NCBI GenBank assembly: GCA_965277405.1
Contig: OZ255726.1
Coordinates: forward strand, 672,001 to 736,000
Length of the DNA stretch: 64,000 nt
Direction of reading: 5' to 3'
From: Gammaproteobacteria bacterium
GTDB taxonomy: Bacteria > Pseudomonadota > Gammaproteobacteria > G965277405
Shown: positions 43,154 to 55,932 of the stretch, piece by piece
How the letters are laid out: each line of letters opens with the position of its first letter
Numbering within the stretch: the stretch's first letter is position 1
Notes under the pieces: generated by a model
Seen by the model: only the letters and a program-made list of their open reading frames with translations
What the model was told of the DNA's origin: nothing
Databases searched by the model: none
Position numbers and translations under genes: made by a program

Positions 43154-43157
43154 ATCG

Positions 43158-43958
43158 CTATTGGTACAAACCGAACATCTGCATCAGCAACATCCATAAT
43201 GCAAAAACCGGCATACACACAATATAGCTATCGATTCTGTCAAGAATGCCACCGTGCCCTGGCAATAATGCACCAGTATCTTTTAAATTGGCGATACGTT
43301 TAAAAATACTAATATACAAATCGCCAAACACAGAGAGCAGACCTAACAACCACAGCCCCAGCCAAACGATAAAATGTTGTGGTATAAAGAATGCGCATAT
43401 TCCCGCAAACACTGCTGAGAGCAACGTGCCGCCCCAGAAACCTTGCCATGTTTTATTTGGACTATACCGCGCAAAAAAAGGTGTTGAACCAAAGTAGCGT
43501 CCGAGCATATAACCGCCGATATCAAAACTCACTGCCAGCCCAATTGCCACCAATATCCATACCCTGTCTACCACAAATAATTGTATTATTCCCGCTATGC
43601 AGCCAGCAAGCATCAGTATTGACAACATCCTAAATCGCACCAGCTGCCGCTCAAATGGGGCTAAATGCAACCGCGCCACCATCACGCTTATCACCCATAT
43701 CCATACAATACTGACGCTTATCAAGGTGTATGTAATGATTGGCGCCCACATAAACTGGATGCAGACACAGAGCATCATCAATAAAATTACCCCGCGTTGG
43801 GTGTTGATATTCCTGCGCGACAACAACCGTGCATACTCAATGGCTGCAATCAAGCTCAGTGCAAACAATAATGTGCCAAGCAGCATGCTCGGCAATAACA
43901 AAATAGCAAAGATAAAGACAATCGCCAATATGGCTGCTGTGATTGCTCGTAATGCCAT
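43158..43958 (-). CDS. cdsA: Phosphatidate cytidylyltransferase
   Basis: SPNKTW.G..GG, GDL..S.FKR....KD.G.LLPGHGGILDRIDS. Confidence 0.95.
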   Translation of the reverse strand: MALRAITAAILAIVFIFAILLLPSMLLGTLLFALSLIAAIEYARLLSRRNINTQRGVILLMMLCVCIQFMWAPIITYTLISVSIVWIWVISVMVARLHLAPFERQLVRFRMLSILMLAGCIAGIIQLFVVDRVWILVAIGLAVSFDIGGYMLGRYFGSTPFFARYSPNKTWQGFWGGTLLSAVFAGICAFFIPQHFIVWLGLWLLGLLSVFGDLYISIFKRIANLKDTGALLPGHGGILDRIDSYIVCMPVFALWMLLMQMFGLYQ

Positions 43959-44085
43959 TACATGCCTAGACTGGGTTGTTGACTATCCAGCAAATGCACC
44001 ATTTGCCAACTTAAGTTATATACCACAGCACCGAGTTTGCCTGAGCTTGGCTTACCGTAGAGATTTATCAATTGATACACCGCCA

Positions 44086-44790
44086 TCACCCACCAAATCT
44101 GCGTTGGCGTTCTTTGAATTCCGTTATCACAGCATCCAAATGCCCTGTCGAAAAATCAGGCCACAATATTTGAGTGAAATACAGCTCGGCATACGCTAAC
44201 TGCCACAGTAAAAAATTGCTCAGCCGCTGCTCACCACCTGTGCGCACACACATATCAACTGGGGGTAAATCGGCGATTGCCATTTCTTTAGCAACAGCTA
44301 CGTCAGTAACAGCATCAATGTGGAGTGTGTTGTTGTTGACTTGTAATGCTATATTTTTACACGCATTAATGATATCCCAATGCCCGCCATAATTCATAGC
44401 CAACACCAGGGTAACTCCTGTATTTTCAGCAGTAATATTGACAGCACTGGCAATTTTTTTTTGCAATGTTTTTGAAAATTGCTGTGTCTCACCAATAAAG
44501 CGAATCCGTACATTTTTATTGTTCAAGTCGGTGTAGGCACGATCGAGCGCCTCTTCAAATAAACGCATTAGCCCAGCAACATCGTGTGTTGGACGCTTCC
44601 AATTTTCACTGCTAAAGGCATACACCGTTAAAAATCGCACCGATGTCTTACCAGCATATTCCACCAATGTTTGCAATGCCTCCATGCCTTGGCGATGCCC
44701 TTTGGCATGTGTCACTTTGTGTTGTTGCGCCCAACGCTGGTTACCATCCATAATAATTGCAAGATGACGTAAGGTATTTTCTGTCGACAC
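44086..44790 (-). CDS. uppS: Undecaprenyl diphosphate synthase
   Basis: H.AIIMDGN.RWA, YAFSSENWKRP, RTGGEQRLSNFLLWQ.AYAE. Confidence 0.97.
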   Translation of the reverse strand: MSTENTLRHLAIIMDGNQRWAQQHKVTHAKGHRQGMEALQTLVEYAGKTSVRFLTVYAFSSENWKRPTHDVAGLMRLFEEALDRAYTDLNNKNVRIRFIGETQQFSKTLQKKIASAVNITAENTGVTLVLAMNYGGHWDIINACKNIALQVNNNTLHIDAVTDVAVAKEMAIADLPPVDMCVRTGGEQRLSNFLLWQLAYAELYFTQILWPDFSTGHLDAVITEFKERQRRFGG

Positions 44791-44838
44791 AGTTTATATA
44801 CACACAGCTTAAGCTAAAGAGACCGCTGATTAAACAAG

Positions 44839-45378
44839 TCAGATGGTCAGCAGTTCTTCTTCTTTGTCTTTCAATAATGCGTCAATCTGGGCGATATGTT
44901 CGTCAGTGATTTTTTGGATGTCATTTTTTAACCGTCGCTCGTCATCCTCACCATTCGCCTCTTCCTTGACTTTATCATTGCCGGTATGGCGAATATTGCG
45001 CACAACAATCCGTGCTGATTCAGCTGCGGCACGCGCCTGCTTAATATAATCCTGTCGAGTTTCTTCTGTCAACATTGGTAGCGGCACCCGAATGGTTATA
45101 CCTTGTGTTGACGGGTTGAGACCGAGCCTTGAAGCTAGGATTGCTTTTTCAATCTCGGGAATGAGGTTTTTCTCCCAAGGGGTTACAGAAAGTGTTCTGC
45201 TATCTTCAACTTTTACAGTAGCAACTTGGTTCAACGACGTTGCATTGCCATAATATTGCACTTGAACGTTATCCAATAATGATGCGCTGGCTCTGCCAGC
45301 ACGTATTTTTTTTATATTTACATGAAAAGCATCAGTTGCTTTATCCATACTTTGTGTTGTTTCTTGGCTTGCAGTCAT
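44839..45378 (-). CDS. frr: Ribosome recycling factor
   Basis: IRAGRA..SLLD, LGLNP, P.LTEE.R, R..VRNIR. Confidence 0.97.
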   Translation of the reverse strand: MTASQETTQSMDKATDAFHVNIKKIRAGRASASLLDNVQVQYYGNATSLNQVATVKVEDSRTLSVTPWEKNLIPEIEKAILASRLGLNPSTQGITIRVPLPMLTEETRQDYIKQARAAAESARIVVRNIRHTGNDKVKEEANGEDDERRLKNDIQKITDEHIAQIDALLKDKEEELLTI

Positions 45379-45387
45379 GAATATTCC

Positions 45388-46107
45388 CTATGTATTTGAA
45401 ATCAACGTTCCTTTGTGGTGATCTTGGATTGCAGCAACTAATCCGCCCGCTTCAAGGAGGCTAATTACACGAATTGATAATTGATTATCACGAGCAAGGC
45501 TAATAGCAGTCATGTCCATAACTTTTAAACCTTGTTGCAATACATCAGCGTATGTCAAATTCTTATACTTGCTAGCATCAGGGTATAGTAGAGGGTCTTT
45601 GTCATACACACCATCAACCTTGGTCGCTTTAAAAACAACCTCTACTTGGACTTCAATGCCGCGCAAACAAGCTGATGTATCGGTGGTAAAAAACGGGTTT
45701 CCAGTTCCAGCCGTAAATATCACTACATCGCCTTCTGCCATATAGCGAATAGCTTTCCTGCGATCGTAGTCCTCAACTATACCATTCATTGAAATTGCAG
45801 ACATGATTCGTGTTGCTACGCTGATTCGTTCTAGCGCGTCACGCATCGCCAGACCATTCATGATTGTTGCCAACATTCCCATATGATCGCCAGCAACACG
45901 ATCCATTCCTGCGGCCGTTAACTCCGTGCCACGAAACAAGTTACCGCCGCCAATAACCAATGCTATTTCAATGCCCATCTGTTGCACATTGGCAATATCA
46001 ACGGCAAACCTGTCAAGCTGTTTTGGGTCAATACCACAGCTTTGATCACCAGAAAGTGCTTCTCCGCTTAATTTAAACAATACCCGCCTATAGCTTTTGT
46101 TTGCCAT
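45388..46107 (-). CDS. pyrH: Uridylate kinase
   Basis: [42 protein letters not shown]. Confidence 0.98.
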   Translation of the reverse strand: MANKSYRRVLFKLSGEALSGDQSCGIDPKQLDRFAVDIANVQQMGIEIALVIGGGNLFRGTELTAAGMDRVAGDHMGMLATIMNGLAMRDALERISVATRIMSAISMNGIVEDYDRRKAIRYMAEGDVVIFTAGTGNPFFTTDTSACLRGIEVQVEVVFKATKVDGVYDKDPLLYPDASKYKNLTYADVLQQGLKVMDMTAISLARDNQLSIRVISLLEAGGLVAAIQDHHKGTLISNT

Positions 46108-46149
46108 GGTTATCTTAGGAACCTTAGAAAGTTTGTGATTGGTATGTGC

Positions 46150-46995
46150 TTAGCCCCCAGCTTGTTGTCGTACTTCTGCGGCAAAATCAGTGGTCACTTT
46201 TTCAATACCTTCACCAACAGCAAAATATACAAATTTCTGAATTACCGCATTATTTCGCTTAGCAAGTTCAGCAATGCTGATGCTGGGGTCTTTGACAAAC
46301 CCTTGCTCAGTTAAGCTAATTTCTTGTAGATATTTCTTGACGCGACCAGCAACTATTTTTTTAACAATATCAGCTGGTTTTCCAGAGCTACTTGCTTGTG
46401 CAACAAATATCGCGCGTTCCTGCTCCACTACTGCAGCTGGGGTATCTTCTGGACGAACAACTTGCGGATTTGTTGCGGCGACATGCATGGCAACGTCTTT
46501 GCCAAACGACTCATCGCCGCCAGTTCTACTCACAAGTACCGCAATTTTTGCATTGGTATGGACGTAGCTTGAGATACAACCTGGCAACCAGGCAATACGG
46601 CGAATGGAAATATTTTCGCCAAGTTTTTGCACCAATGCTTCACGCGCTGCCAATAGCTGAGGATAGTCTTCGATATTTTCGCTTTTTTTAGCAAACGCAG
46701 CAGCTGCCACAGTCGCAACAAATGTGATGAAGTTCTCATCACGAGCAACAAAATCTGTCTCACAATTCACTTCAACAATGACACCATGACTAGCGCCAAG
46801 CTGCGTAATAACCCGCCCTTCTGCCGCTACACGACCAGATTTTTTTGCAGCTTTTAAGGCGCTAGACTTGCGTAGATTGTCAATGGCAACATCAATGTTA
46901 CCAGCAGACTCAACCAGTGCTTGCTTGCAATCCATCATCCCCAGCCCAGTGCGCTCGCGCAGTTCTTTTACTTGCGCGGCAGTTATTGTGCTCAT
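46150..46995 (-). CDS. tsf: Elongation factor Ts
   Basis: [34 protein letters not shown]. Confidence 0.98.
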   Translation of the reverse strand: MSTITAAQVKELRERTGLGMMDCKQALVESAGNIDVAIDNLRKSSALKAAKKSGRVAAEGRVITQLGASHGVIVEVNCETDFVARDENFITFVATVAAAAFAKKSENIEDYPQLLAAREALVQKLGENISIRRIAWLPGCISSYVHTNAKIAVLVSRTGGDESFGKDVAMHVAATNPQVVRPEDTPAAVVEQERAIFVAQASSSGKPADIVKKIVAGRVKKYLQEISLTEQGFVKDPSISIAELAKRNNAVIQKFVYFAVGEGIEKVTTDFAAEVRQQAGG

Positions 46996-47897
46996 GCTTT
47001 TCCCTCTGTTGGTGGCGGTGTTGCATCAACTGCTGACTCAACCACAGCGACAGGTGCGGCTGCGGCTATTACAACATCAGCTGTGGCTGCAGGTGCTACT
47101 ACTGGCTGTTTGACCGCTCTCTCAACTTCTTTTGTGCGTGCAGTATCAATTGTTTTCTGCCGTGCTGAAGAAATCTGTGGCTCATGTTTTTTTGCAACTG
47201 GGTGCATCTCATTGGATTCTGCATGACCAGTGGCATATGCATCTGCAATTGCTGATACAAATAACTCAATCGAACGTCCTGCGTCATCATTACCAGGAAT
47301 CACATAATCAATGCCATCAGGGTCTGAGTTGGTATCAACAATCGCAACGATAGGAATGCCCAAATTCCTTGCTTCTTTAACGGCAATGTGTTCATGGTCG
47401 ATGTCAACAATAAACAAGGCATCAGGCAGGCCGCCCATTTCTTTAATACCGCCAATGCTTTTTTCAAGCTTGGCTTTTTCATTGTCTAAATTCAAACGCT
47501 CTTTTTTTGTTAGCTTTTCAACACGACCATCTTCAAACCAATGTTCAATATCTTGATAGCGCTTAATACTGGCACGAATCGTTTTATAGTTTGTCAACAT
47601 ACCGCCTAGCCAGCGTTGATTGACGTATGGCTGACCAGTACGAATCGCCGCTGCAGCAATATGACCTTTGGCAGATCGCTTCGTGCCGACAAACAATAAT
47701 TTATTGCGGTTTTTCGCCAAATTACGTATAAAGTCTTGGGCTTGACGAACCGCAGGCAGGGTGTGTTCGAGGTTAATAATATGAATTTTATTTCTGGCTC
47801 CAAAAATATATGGTGCCATTTTTGGATTCCAAAACTTCGTTCGGTGTCCAAAGTGCGCGCCTGCCTTGAGCAGGTCGATCATTACTATTTCTTGCAT
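46992..47897 (-). CDS. rpsB: 30S ribosomal protein S2 with long C-terminal tail
   Basis: [39 protein letters not shown]; start set at ATG after the leader element. Confidence 0.98.
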   Translation of the reverse strand: MQEIVMIDLLKAGAHFGHRTKFWNPKMAPYIFGARNKIHIINLEHTLPAVRQAQDFIRNLAKNRNKLLFVGTKRSAKGHIAAAAIRTGQPYVNQRWLGGMLTNYKTIRASIKRYQDIEHWFEDGRVEKLTKKERLNLDNEKAKLEKSIGGIKEMGGLPDALFIVDIDHEHIAVKEARNLGIPIVAIVDTNSDPDGIDYVIPGNDDAGRSIELFVSAIADAYATGHAESNEMHPVAKKHEPQISSARQKTIDTARTKEVERAVKQPVVAPAATADVVIAAAAPVAVVESAVDATPPPTEGKA

Positions 47898-47911
47898 TAT
47901 ACTTTCCGTAT

Positions 47912-47986
47912 GGGTTAATCCTCCACACATCCCTAGCTTTACACTCGTACTGAGCACCCAAAAGTAGTGTCGATGTGTGTGTGGTT
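47912..47986 (-). promoter_or_regulatory. S2 autoregulatory leader (t44-like) with extended -10 promoter
   Basis: CACACACACATCGACAC...GGGTG...GGGATGTGTGGAGG matches the gammaproteobacterial rpsB leader; TGTTGTATGAT at 48003-48013. Confidence 0.75.
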
Positions 47987-48085
47987 TACATGAAGTCTCT
48001 GAATCATACAACACTGCATCAAAGCTTCAAGCGGGCGTAAATATTACGGGTATCAACATGTTTGTCAATTCGCAAACGCGAATTA

Positions 48086-49330
48086 TCACAAGATGCCACA
48101 GACTTCATTCTTCAGCATTTCATCAAGTGTATCGCGTTGTCGAATACAGCGAACACTGCTGCCGCTCACCAATACCTCCGCTGGACGCGCTCGCGTATTA
48201 TAGTTGCTTGCCATGACTGACGCATACGCGCCAACATCACGCACGGCAAGCAAGTCGCCAACCGCAACATCAAGTAAGCGATCTTTACCTAAAAAATCTG
48301 TACTTTCACAAATTGGGCCAACAACGTCATACTGCTGACTAGGCTGTTGTGGCTGCTTTACTTCTTGAATATGATGGTAGGCGTTGTATAAAGATGGGCG
48401 AATAAGATGATGCATGCCGCTATCCACAATCACAAAATTCTTGTTTTTATTGGTTTTTTTTAATTCAACTGCTGTCAGCAATATTCCTGCCGCACCAATA
48501 ATCGAGCGGCCTGGTTCGACCCATAATGGCAAATTTAAAGCATCAAATTGCTCACGCAACGCAGCAAATATTTGTTGCGGTTGCAGCGCAACTTCATCGT
48601 TATAACGGATACCAAAGCCGCCACCAATATCAATATGCTGTAACGCAATACCAATCCTGTTGAGTTGGCAGATAATGTTGCTGATCGAGGCAACTGCTTG
48701 TTGGTATGGCGCGGCAGTTAGAATTTGTGAGCCAATATGAAAATCGATACCAACGGCCTGCAGTGATCGACACTGGGAAATTATAGTGTATGCAGCAACG
48801 ACATCCTCAATACCAATGCCAAATTTGTTTACTGCTAATCCAGTAGAGATATATGGATGCGTTTTTGCATCAACGTTTGGATTAACCCGCACAGATACGC
48901 GTGCTGTGGTATTGCATGCAGCTGCGAGTTCTGCCAAACGATGAATTTCGCCGATGCTTTCTATATTAAAACAGCCAATACCAACCCGTAATGCCGCCAC
49001 TAATTCCTCTTTATTTTTGCCAACACCAGATAAAATCATCGATTCAGGCGGGACACCAATTCTGAGACAACGTTGCATTTCACCAGCAGAAACCAAATCA
49101 AATCCACAGCCAAGTGTGTGCAAATGTTGCAGTATTGCCAAGTTACTATTTGCTTTAACCGCATAAAAAACCTTGCCGTTCCAAGGATATATTGCCTGAA
49201 AAAACGCGGCCACATTCTCGTCAATTATTTGTTGTGAATAAGCAAACAACGGAGTACCAAACTCATCAGCTAATGCGCTGCAAGCGACATCCTCAAGATA
49301 TAACTCACGATTTTTATACTGCAGGCTCAT
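48086..49330 (-). CDS. lysA: Diaminopimelate decarboxylase
   Basis: [15 protein letters not shown]...NKFG, HIGSQ, GGGFG, EPGR, GPICES.D, M.SNYN. Confidence 0.98.
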   Translation of the reverse strand: MSLQYKNRELYLEDVACSALADEFGTPLFAYSQQIIDENVAAFFQAIYPWNGKVFYAVKANSNLAILQHLHTLGCGFDLVSAGEMQRCLRIGVPPESMILSGVGKNKEELVAALRVGIGCFNIESIGEIHRLAELAAACNTTARVSVRVNPNVDAKTHPYISTGLAVNKFGIGIEDVVAAYTIISQCRSLQAVGIDFHIGSQILTAAPYQQAVASISNIICQLNRIGIALQHIDIGGGFGIRYNDEVALQPQQIFAALREQFDALNLPLWVEPGRSIIGAAGILLTAVELKKTNKNKNFVIVDSGMHHLIRPSLYNAYHHIQEVKQPQQPSQQYDVVGPICESTDFLGKDRLLDVAVGDLLAVRDVGAYASVMASNYNTRARPAEVLVSGSSVRCIRQRDTLDEMLKNEVCGIL

Positions 49331-50082
49331 CGGACCTCCACTTGCTTTGCACGCAAATATGTTTTGGCTTGTTGAATTGAATATTCGCCAAAATGGAAAA
49401 TACTCGCGGCTAAGACCGCGTGCGCCTTCCCTACGATGAAACCATCATACAAATCCGCCAAACTGCCGACACCACCAGATGCAATAACAGGAATATTCAC
49501 CGCGGCGACAACCTGGCTGGTCAGCGCCAGATCAAACCCTGTTTTTTGCCCATCTTGGTCCATGCTGGTTAATAGAATTTCGCCACACCCTAGCCCTGCC
49601 ATTTTTTTTGCCCAGGCGACTGCATCAATGCCAGTCGGGTTTCTACCGCCATGGGTAAATATTTCCCAGTTGTTTTCAGTTGTTTGTTTGGCATCAATCG
49701 CCACCACGATGCACTGGTTGCCAAAGCGTTGTGCTGCTTGTTTGACAAGATCTGGATTATGAATTGCCGCTGTATTCACACTAACTTTATCAGCCCCGGC
49801 TCGCAATAACTGTTGCACATCATCCACTTGGCGTACCCCACCACCCACCGTGAGTGGAATAAATACCTGGCTTGCAACCTGCTCCACTAAGCCCAATATT
49901 GTTGGCTTGTTTTGATGGCTTGCTTGAATGTCTAACAACATGAGCTCGTCAGCACCGCCGCGATTATAGCGTCGCGCGCATTCGAGGGGGTCGCCGGCAT
50001 CATGCAAATCAACAAAGCTGGTTCCTTTCACCACTCTGCCATCTGCAATATCAAGGCAGGGAATGATGCGCTTGCACAACAT
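49327..50082 (-). CDS. hisF: Imidazole glycerol phosphate synthase cyclase subunit
   Basis: [44 protein letters not shown]. Confidence 0.98.
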   Translation of the reverse strand: MLCKRIIPCLDIADGRVVKGTSFVDLHDAGDPLECARRYNRGGADELMLLDIQASHQNKPTILGLVEQVASQVFIPLTVGGGVRQVDDVQQLLRAGADKVSVNTAAIHNPDLVKQAAQRFGNQCIVVAIDAKQTTENNWEIFTHGGRNPTGIDAVAWAKKMAGLGCGEILLTSMDQDGQKTGFDLALTSQVVAAVNIPVIASGGVGSLADLYDGFIVGKAHAVLAASIFHFGEYSIQQAKTYLRAKQVEVR

Positions 50083-50083
50083 A

Positions 50084-50827
50084 TTACGCAGCCAACGTCA
50101 TTGTTATCACTTGCGCTAAATCAAGTGTGCCTTGATACAATGCCTTGCCAATAATTGCCCCAGCAAGTGCGCCACGCGCAGCAATAATTTGTTGAATGTC
50201 ATGGTACGTACTCACGCCGCCAGCAACGTATACTGGCGCCGTTGTATGCTGTGATAAGTCAAGCGATGCCGCCACGTTTGCGCCTTGCATCATCCCGTCG
50301 CGATCAATATCTGTATGGATGATACCGCCAAGCAGGCAATCATCTATTTGTGCTAAAAAATCATGCGCAGAGATATTGAGTTGATGTTGCCATCCTTTGG
50401 TTGCTAACAGCCCAGCGCGGGTATCCAGACCTGCGATAATTTGCTGTGGATACGCCGTACTCACTTGGTGTAAAAAATCTGGTTGTTCAATGGCATGCGT
50501 ACCCAAAATAACCATACGTATGCCAAGCTGTAGATAGTATTCAATCGTGGCAACATCACGAATCCCGCCACCGACTTGGATGATTAAATCTGGAAACTGC
50601 CGCGCGATTGACCCAATCAATCGATCGTTCACTTTTGTGCCATCACGCGCACCGTCCAAATCGACAATGTGGAGTCGCTGCGCTCCTTGTTCAACCCAAG
50701 CTGTAACTTGTTGAAATGGATTTGCAACAACCACAGTGGCTGCTGCATAATCGCCTTGCGCTAGGCGGACACATTGGCCGCCTAGCAAATCGATTGCTGG
50801 AATAAAAGTTATTTGGTTAGTCATCAT
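50084..50827 (-). CDS. hisA: ProFAR isomerase
   Basis: [38 protein letters not shown]. Confidence 0.96.
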   Translation of the reverse strand: MMTNQITFIPAIDLLGGQCVRLAQGDYAAATVVVANPFQQVTAWVEQGAQRLHIVDLDGARDGTKVNDRLIGSIARQFPDLIIQVGGGIRDVATIEYYLQLGIRMVILGTHAIEQPDFLHQVSTAYPQQIIAGLDTRAGLLATKGWQHQLNISAHDFLAQIDDCLLGGIIHTDIDRDGMMQGANVAASLDLSQHTTAPVYVAGGVSTYHDIQQIIAARGALAGAIIGKALYQGTLDLAQVITMTLAA

Positions 50828-51440
50828 CGCTGCGCATAAAATTACGTAATAGTTGTAAACCAGCTGCTCCGCTTTTTTCAGGGTGGAACTGTACTGCACA
50901 CAAGTTAGGTTGTGCGTATGCACAACCAAATAATTCAGTGTACTGGGTGGTGCCGATACAATCTTTCATCCCAACAGCAGCATAACTATGGACAAAATAA
51001 AAGTGTTCATTATCAGCAATATTATGAAACAACGGATGCTGTTGCACTATTGCAACAGTATTCCAGCCCATGTGCGGCACAGGCATATCAGTTTGTGGTT
51101 GCAACGCGCACACGCACCCTTCCAGCCAACCAAATCCTGCAACGCCAGCGCTTTCTTCATTCCAGTCGAACAACGCTTGCATCCCAACACAGATTGCTAG
51201 TATTGGGATTTTTTGATACACCGCAGCCAACCCAGCATCTAACTGCATGGCATGAATCGCAGCCATGCAATGACCAATCGCACCGACACCTGGGAACACA
51301 ATTTTGTCTGCATGCTGCATACGTGCAGGGTCATTGGTGATATCCACAGCAAAGTCTGCGGCAACATGCTCAAGCGCTTTAGCAACTGAATGTAAATTTC
51401 CCATGCCATAATCAAGCACAACAACATTTTTTTTATTCAC
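50817..51440 (-). CDS. hisH: Imidazole glycerol phosphate synthase amidotransferase subunit
   Basis: DYGMGNLHSV, PGVGA, ICVGMQ, VPHMGWN, YFVHSY, QFHPEKS. Confidence 0.97.
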   Translation of the reverse strand: MNKKNVVVLDYGMGNLHSVAKALEHVAADFAVDITNDPARMQHADKIVFPGVGAIGHCMAAIHAMQLDAGLAAVYQKIPILAICVGMQALFDWNEESAGVAGFGWLEGCVCALQPQTDMPVPHMGWNTVAIVQQHPLFHNIADNEHFYFVHSYAAVGMKDCIGTTQYTELFGCAYAQPNLCAVQFHPEKSGAAGLQLLRNFMRSDDD

Positions 51441-52786
51441 GTTACTATTCCTGTTTTGCGCAATACCGTAATGGACTCCATATGGCTTGTATGTGGAAAC
51501 ATATCAGCAATATGGCTTTGTAGCATGCTATATCCTTGCTCTACCAGCAGCGCACAATCGCGCATCAACGTTGCCGCATTGCACGATATATAAACAATAT
51601 ACTCAACATTCAGTACTGCAATGCGCTGTGAAATCTGCATTGCCCCGACCCTAGGAGGGTCAATAATCACCAAGTCATATTGTTGTTGCGCCCATGGCTG
51701 TGCTGTAAAATCTGTAAATAAATCAAACGTATGGAACGTAACATTTTTCAATTGATTACGGTTGGCATTGCGCTGTGCATTGCTTTGAATATTTTCGCTG
51801 CCATCCACCCCTACAACAGATGTATGGGTGCGTGCAAGCGGCAAGCTAAAATTGCCAATACCAGCGAACAAATCTAAAATGCGTGCCTGCGGGGTCAGTC
51901 GTTGCGCAATGGCTAATACATGTTCAACCACTTTTCTGTTGACCTCTGCATTAATTTGTACGAAGCCAAATGGGCGAAACTCAATCGTGCATCCTGCGAC
52001 TTGATACTCTACATAATCGACATCCTCTGCTGTGCCACCGGCAATATGGCGGACGGTGTCCATCCCTTGGCGTTGACCAAATACCCGAATGGTATTGGCT
52101 TGCGCAAAATCTGCCAGTAGTTGATAATCAGCTTTGGTTAAGTCGTACAAGTGGCGAACGATAATAGCAGCGTCGTCATCCCCGCACGCAACTTCTATTT
52201 GTGGCACTTGTTTGTTCTGACTCATAGCATACACCATCTCCTTGAGCTGCCCCAACACAGCTGCAATCCGTTGATCCATAACGTGGCAGGTATCAACAGC
52301 TGCAACAAAGTTACTCGCGACCTCACTAAAACCCAGCAAACAAGTATCGTATTTAACATCTATTTTGGCACGCAACCGCGCTTTTCTACGGTAGTTCCAT
52401 GGATGACCTTGAATCACTGTTTCACTCAAAATATCTGCAGCTTGCAGATGGCGTTCCAGCAACCTTGCAAAAATATCTCGCTTCACATTGAGTTGCTCAG
52501 CATAACTTAGAATTTGCAATTGACAACCGCCGCAAATTGAGCGGCGATCATTGCCTAGCGAATACGGACAATGCGGCTTAATCCGCAACTTTGATGGGTT
52601 TTCCACGTGCGCAGCAACGCCATGCCACACTTTGCGATTGCGCTTATGAAAGCGTGCCTGAACTAATTCCCCAGGAAGTGCGCCTGCAATAAAAAACACT
52701 TTTTCTGGTGCTTGTCGGTGATAGGAAATGCCGCGAGCCTCATCACTTAACGCGCTGATTTCAAACTTTTGCTCAAATAATTTCAC
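51437..52786 (-). CDS. rlmD: 23S rRNA m5U1939 methyltransferase
   Basis: TRAM domain, C....CGGC.LQ, F.Q.N, LDLF.G.GNF, DPPR.GA, YISCN..TL.RD, DMFPHT.H.E. Confidence 0.93.
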   Translation of the reverse strand: MKLFEQKFEISALSDEARGISYHRQAPEKVFFIAGALPGELVQARFHKRNRKVWHGVAAHVENPSKLRIKPHCPYSLGNDRRSICGGCQLQILSYAEQLNVKRDIFARLLERHLQAADILSETVIQGHPWNYRRKARLRAKIDVKYDTCLLGFSEVASNFVAAVDTCHVMDQRIAAVLGQLKEMVYAMSQNKQVPQIEVACGDDDAAIIVRHLYDLTKADYQLLADFAQANTIRVFGQRQGMDTVRHIAGGTAEDVDYVEYQVAGCTIEFRPFGFVQINAEVNRKVVEHVLAIAQRLTPQARILDLFAGIGNFSLPLARTHTSVVGVDGSENIQSNAQRNANRNQLKNVTFHTFDLFTDFTAQPWAQQQYDLVIIDPPRVGAMQISQRIAVLNVEYIVYISCNAATLMRDCALLVEQGYSMLQSHIADMFPHTSHMESITVLRKTGIVT

Positions 52787-52823
52787 GGTTGCTGTTACCC
52801 TGTGTTGCTGTGATGAAAATGAC

Positions 52824-52888
52824 GGAACACCTAATTAAATCGCTGTGTTTGCTTAGTCTCGCCCATCATGGACTTAATCAAAGGTTCT
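52824..52888 (-). mobile_element. Collapsed mini-MITE (both ends, middle deleted)
   Basis: GGAACACCTAATTAAATCGCTG ... GTCTCGCCCATCATGGACTTAATCAAAGGTTCT in the rlmD/gyrA divergent intergenic region. Confidence 0.7.
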
Positions 52889-52978
52889 TTAACAATATTC
52901 ATGCGGCAAATTGCAGTGCAGTACATACATTTTTGCTGACATCAGTACAATTGCCCAACGCTAACCGCATCTATACTT

Positions 52979-55600
52979 ATGAACGAAACATCCTCCAACA
53001 ATATAATCAAAGTTAGCATCGAAGAGGAGTTCAAAACTGCGTATCTTGAATACGCAATGAGCGTCATTGTTGGTCGAGCATTACCAGATGTACGCGATGG
53101 TTTTAAACCCGTGCACAAGCGGGTGTTATTCGCCATGCATGAACTTAAAAACACCGCAAATTCACCATATAAAAAATCGGCGCGCATCGTAGGCGATGTT
53201 ATTGGTAAATACCATCCCCATGGCGACAGTGCTGTCTACGATACTATCGTGCGCATGGCTCAAGAATTTTCCTTGCGCTACCCGCTGGTCGATGGGCAAG
53301 GGAACTTTGGATCGATTGACGGTGATGCGCCTGCGGCGATGCGGTATACCGAAATTCGACTTACCAAGCTCGCACAAGAGATATTAGAAGATTTGGATAA
53401 AGACACAGTCGACTTTGTTGATAACTACGATAACTCTGAAAAACTACCAACAGTATTGCCAAGTAAAGTACCAAACCTATTAATTAATGGGTCTGCAGGA
53501 ATTGCTGTTGGGATGGCGACCAATATTCCACCCCACAATTTAACAGAAGTTATCAACGGCGCGTTGGCGTTGATTGACAACCCAGACATTGAAATTGATG
53601 GCTTAATCGCACATATATCCGGGCCTGATTTTCCGACCTATGCAATTATAAATGGCCGCGCTGGGATTATCAGCGCATACCGCACAGGTCGCGGCAAAAT
53701 ATATGTGCGCTCACGTTATCACATCGAACCGTTTTCAAAAGATCGTGAAGCGCTGATCATCACTGAAATTCCCTATCAAATCAATAAAGCACGGCTGATC
53801 GAGAAAATTGCCAACCTTGTCCGCGCAAAAGAAATCACCGCAATCAGCGATTTACGTGATGAGTCAAACAAAAAAGGCTTGCGAATTGTTATAGAACTTA
53901 AACGCAATGAAAACGCAGAAGTCGTGATGAACAACTTATTCAAGTCGACTGAATTACAAACAACGTTTGGTATCAACATAGTTGTGCTCGACGGCGGCAA
54001 ACCAATTGTAGCAAACTTAAAAATGCTGCTCGAGTCATTTATCCGCCATCGACGAGAAATCGTCACCAGACGCACAGAATTTGAATTGCGCAAGGCACGC
54101 GACCGCGGTCATATTCTCGAAGGGTTGACAATTGCGCTGCATAACATCGACAAAATGATTGAGTATATTCGTACGGCTGCCAATACGCAGGACGCCAGAA
54201 TCGCATTGATGTCGCAGCCATGGCCAGCAGGGCTCGTGGCGCAAATGTTAGAAAAAAGCGACGCATCAGTCACAAAGCCGCTGCAAATAGAAAAACATTT
54301 TGGGCTACAAGCCGATGGCTACCACTTATCAGACAAGCAGTCCCAAGCGATTCTTGATATGCGCTTGCAAAAACTTACGGGATTAGAACAACAAAAACTC
54401 GTAGACGAATATCACAAAATAGTAGCCACCATCCATGAACTACTCGAAATTCTCAACTCACCACAACGCGTGATGGAAGTTATTCGTGAAGAGCTTGAAT
54501 CCATACAAGAACGTTTTGGCGATGAACGCCGCACAGAAATAATTGAATCGAAACAAGACCTTGAAGTGCTAGATTTGATTACTGATGAAACAATGATGAT
54601 TACCCTCACGCGCACCGGCTATGTCAAAGCACAAGTGCTGAGTGAGTACCGCGCCCAAAACCGCGGCGGCAAAGGCAAAAGCGCAACTGGTATTAAAGAC
54701 GAAGATCAAATACTCCACGTGTTAAGCGCCAGCACCCACGACGTCGTCCTGTGTTTTAGTAATTTTGGCAAAGTATATTGGCTAGCAGTGTATGCAATAC
54801 CACGCGGCAGCCGCAGTGCGCGTGGTCGCCCGCTCATCAACATGATTGATCTATCAGAACATGAACAAATAACATCAATCATCCCACTCGAAAAGCGCCA
54901 CCTCGCCAAAGATGAAGATAAATACGCCAACGCCTATTTACTCATGGTTACCAAACAAGGCACCATTAAACGCACTGAAATGGGGCTGTTTTCCCGCCCA
55001 CGTAATAGCGGCTTGATTGCCATTGCCCTCGACGAAGGCGATCAACTTGCCAATGTGGCGATTACCAATGGCGATAATGGCGTAATGTTGTTTTCTGACG
55101 CAGGCAAAGCGATTCGCTTTCATGAGACACAGCTGCGACCACTGAGCAGAATTGCCCGTGGTGTCCGTGGTATTCGGCTAAAAAAACGAGCTGCGATGAT
55201 TGCCATGATTATTGCTGATGCCAATGCAACAATTATTACCGCCAGCGAAAATGGCTATGGTAAACGCACCAAAATTAGCGAATTTCAACTACAAAAACGC
55301 GGCGGACAAGGTGTCAAAGCAATCGGCAGCAGTAGCAGAAACGGCAGTTTAATCGCCGTACGTCAAGTTACCGATGAAAATGACATCGTACTGATCAGCA
55401 ACCAAGGTACACTCGTGCGTATCCGTGCAGATGAAATCCGCTTACTCAGTCGCGCAGCACTCGGCGTTAAACTCATTAACCTCGCCAAACAAGAAACATT
55501 GATAGGAATAGACATTGTCGACCGCGAGACGGAAGCTGCAGCAGTCCTCACCGCAACAATGCCAGCAGACACCACAACACCGCCAAGCGCATCTTACTAA
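52979..55600 (+). CDS. gyrA: DNA gyrase subunit A
   Basis: [39 protein letters not shown], GyrA box QNRGGKG. Confidence 0.99.
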   Translation: MNETSSNNIIKVSIEEEFKTAYLEYAMSVIVGRALPDVRDGFKPVHKRVLFAMHELKNTANSPYKKSARIVGDVIGKYHPHGDSAVYDTIVRMAQEFSLRYPLVDGQGNFGSIDGDAPAAMRYTEIRLTKLAQEILEDLDKDTVDFVDNYDNSEKLPTVLPSKVPNLLINGSAGIAVGMATNIPPHNLTEVINGALALIDNPDIEIDGLIAHISGPDFPTYAIINGRAGIISAYRTGRGKIYVRSRYHIEPFSKDREALIITEIPYQINKARLIEKIANLVRAKEITAISDLRDESNKKGLRIVIELKRNENAEVVMNNLFKSTELQTTFGINIVVLDGGKPIVANLKMLLESFIRHRREIVTRRTEFELRKARDRGHILEGLTIALHNIDKMIEYIRTAANTQDARIALMSQPWPAGLVAQMLEKSDASVTKPLQIEKHFGLQADGYHLSDKQSQAILDMRLQKLTGLEQQKLVDEYHKIVATIHELLEILNSPQRVMEVIREELESIQERFGDERRTEIIESKQDLEVLDLITDETMMITLTRTGYVKAQVLSEYRAQNRGGKGKSATGIKDEDQILHVLSASTHDVVLCFSNFGKVYWLAVYAIPRGSRSARGRPLINMIDLSEHEQITSIIPLEKRHLAKDEDKYANAYLLMVTKQGTIKRTEMGLFSRPRNSGLIAIALDEGDQLANVAITNGDNGVMLFSDAGKAIRFHETQLRPLSRIARGVRGIRLKKRAAMIAMIIADANATIITASENGYGKRTKISEFQLQKRGGQGVKAIGSSSRNGSLIAVRQVTDENDIVLISNQGTLVRIRADEIRLLSRAALGVKLINLAKQETLIGIDIVDRETEAAAVLTATMPADTTTPPSASY

Positions 55601-55894
55601 GGAATCTCTGATTAAGTCGCTGATGAAGCGAGTTTACCTGCAATTGCTGATGATTGCAAGGCGCAAACCGCTAAGCGCATGCCGTAGCATATACGCCAAG
55701 GGATGCAACACAGCAAGTACCGCTTGTAGGCAAACCATCATATATTCAATAGAAGGCCGGGAAAAAACGCTGCGCTAACGTCGTTGCAGCACTTGGCAAC
55801 ACCCACAAGACCACCAGTATTATAAAGAGCTGCGTCTAGTTATCATCAGCGTTTTTTCTCCGTCTCGCCCATCATGGACTTAATCAGAGCTTCC
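55601..55894 (-). mobile_element. MITE copy 9 (~294 bp) at the gyrA stop codon
   Basis: Left flank CTAA includes the gyrA TAA; right flank TCAA does not match. Confidence 0.9.
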
Positions 55895-55932
55895 TCAATT
55901 GAAAACAGGTGAAATACCTGACCAATAACCTA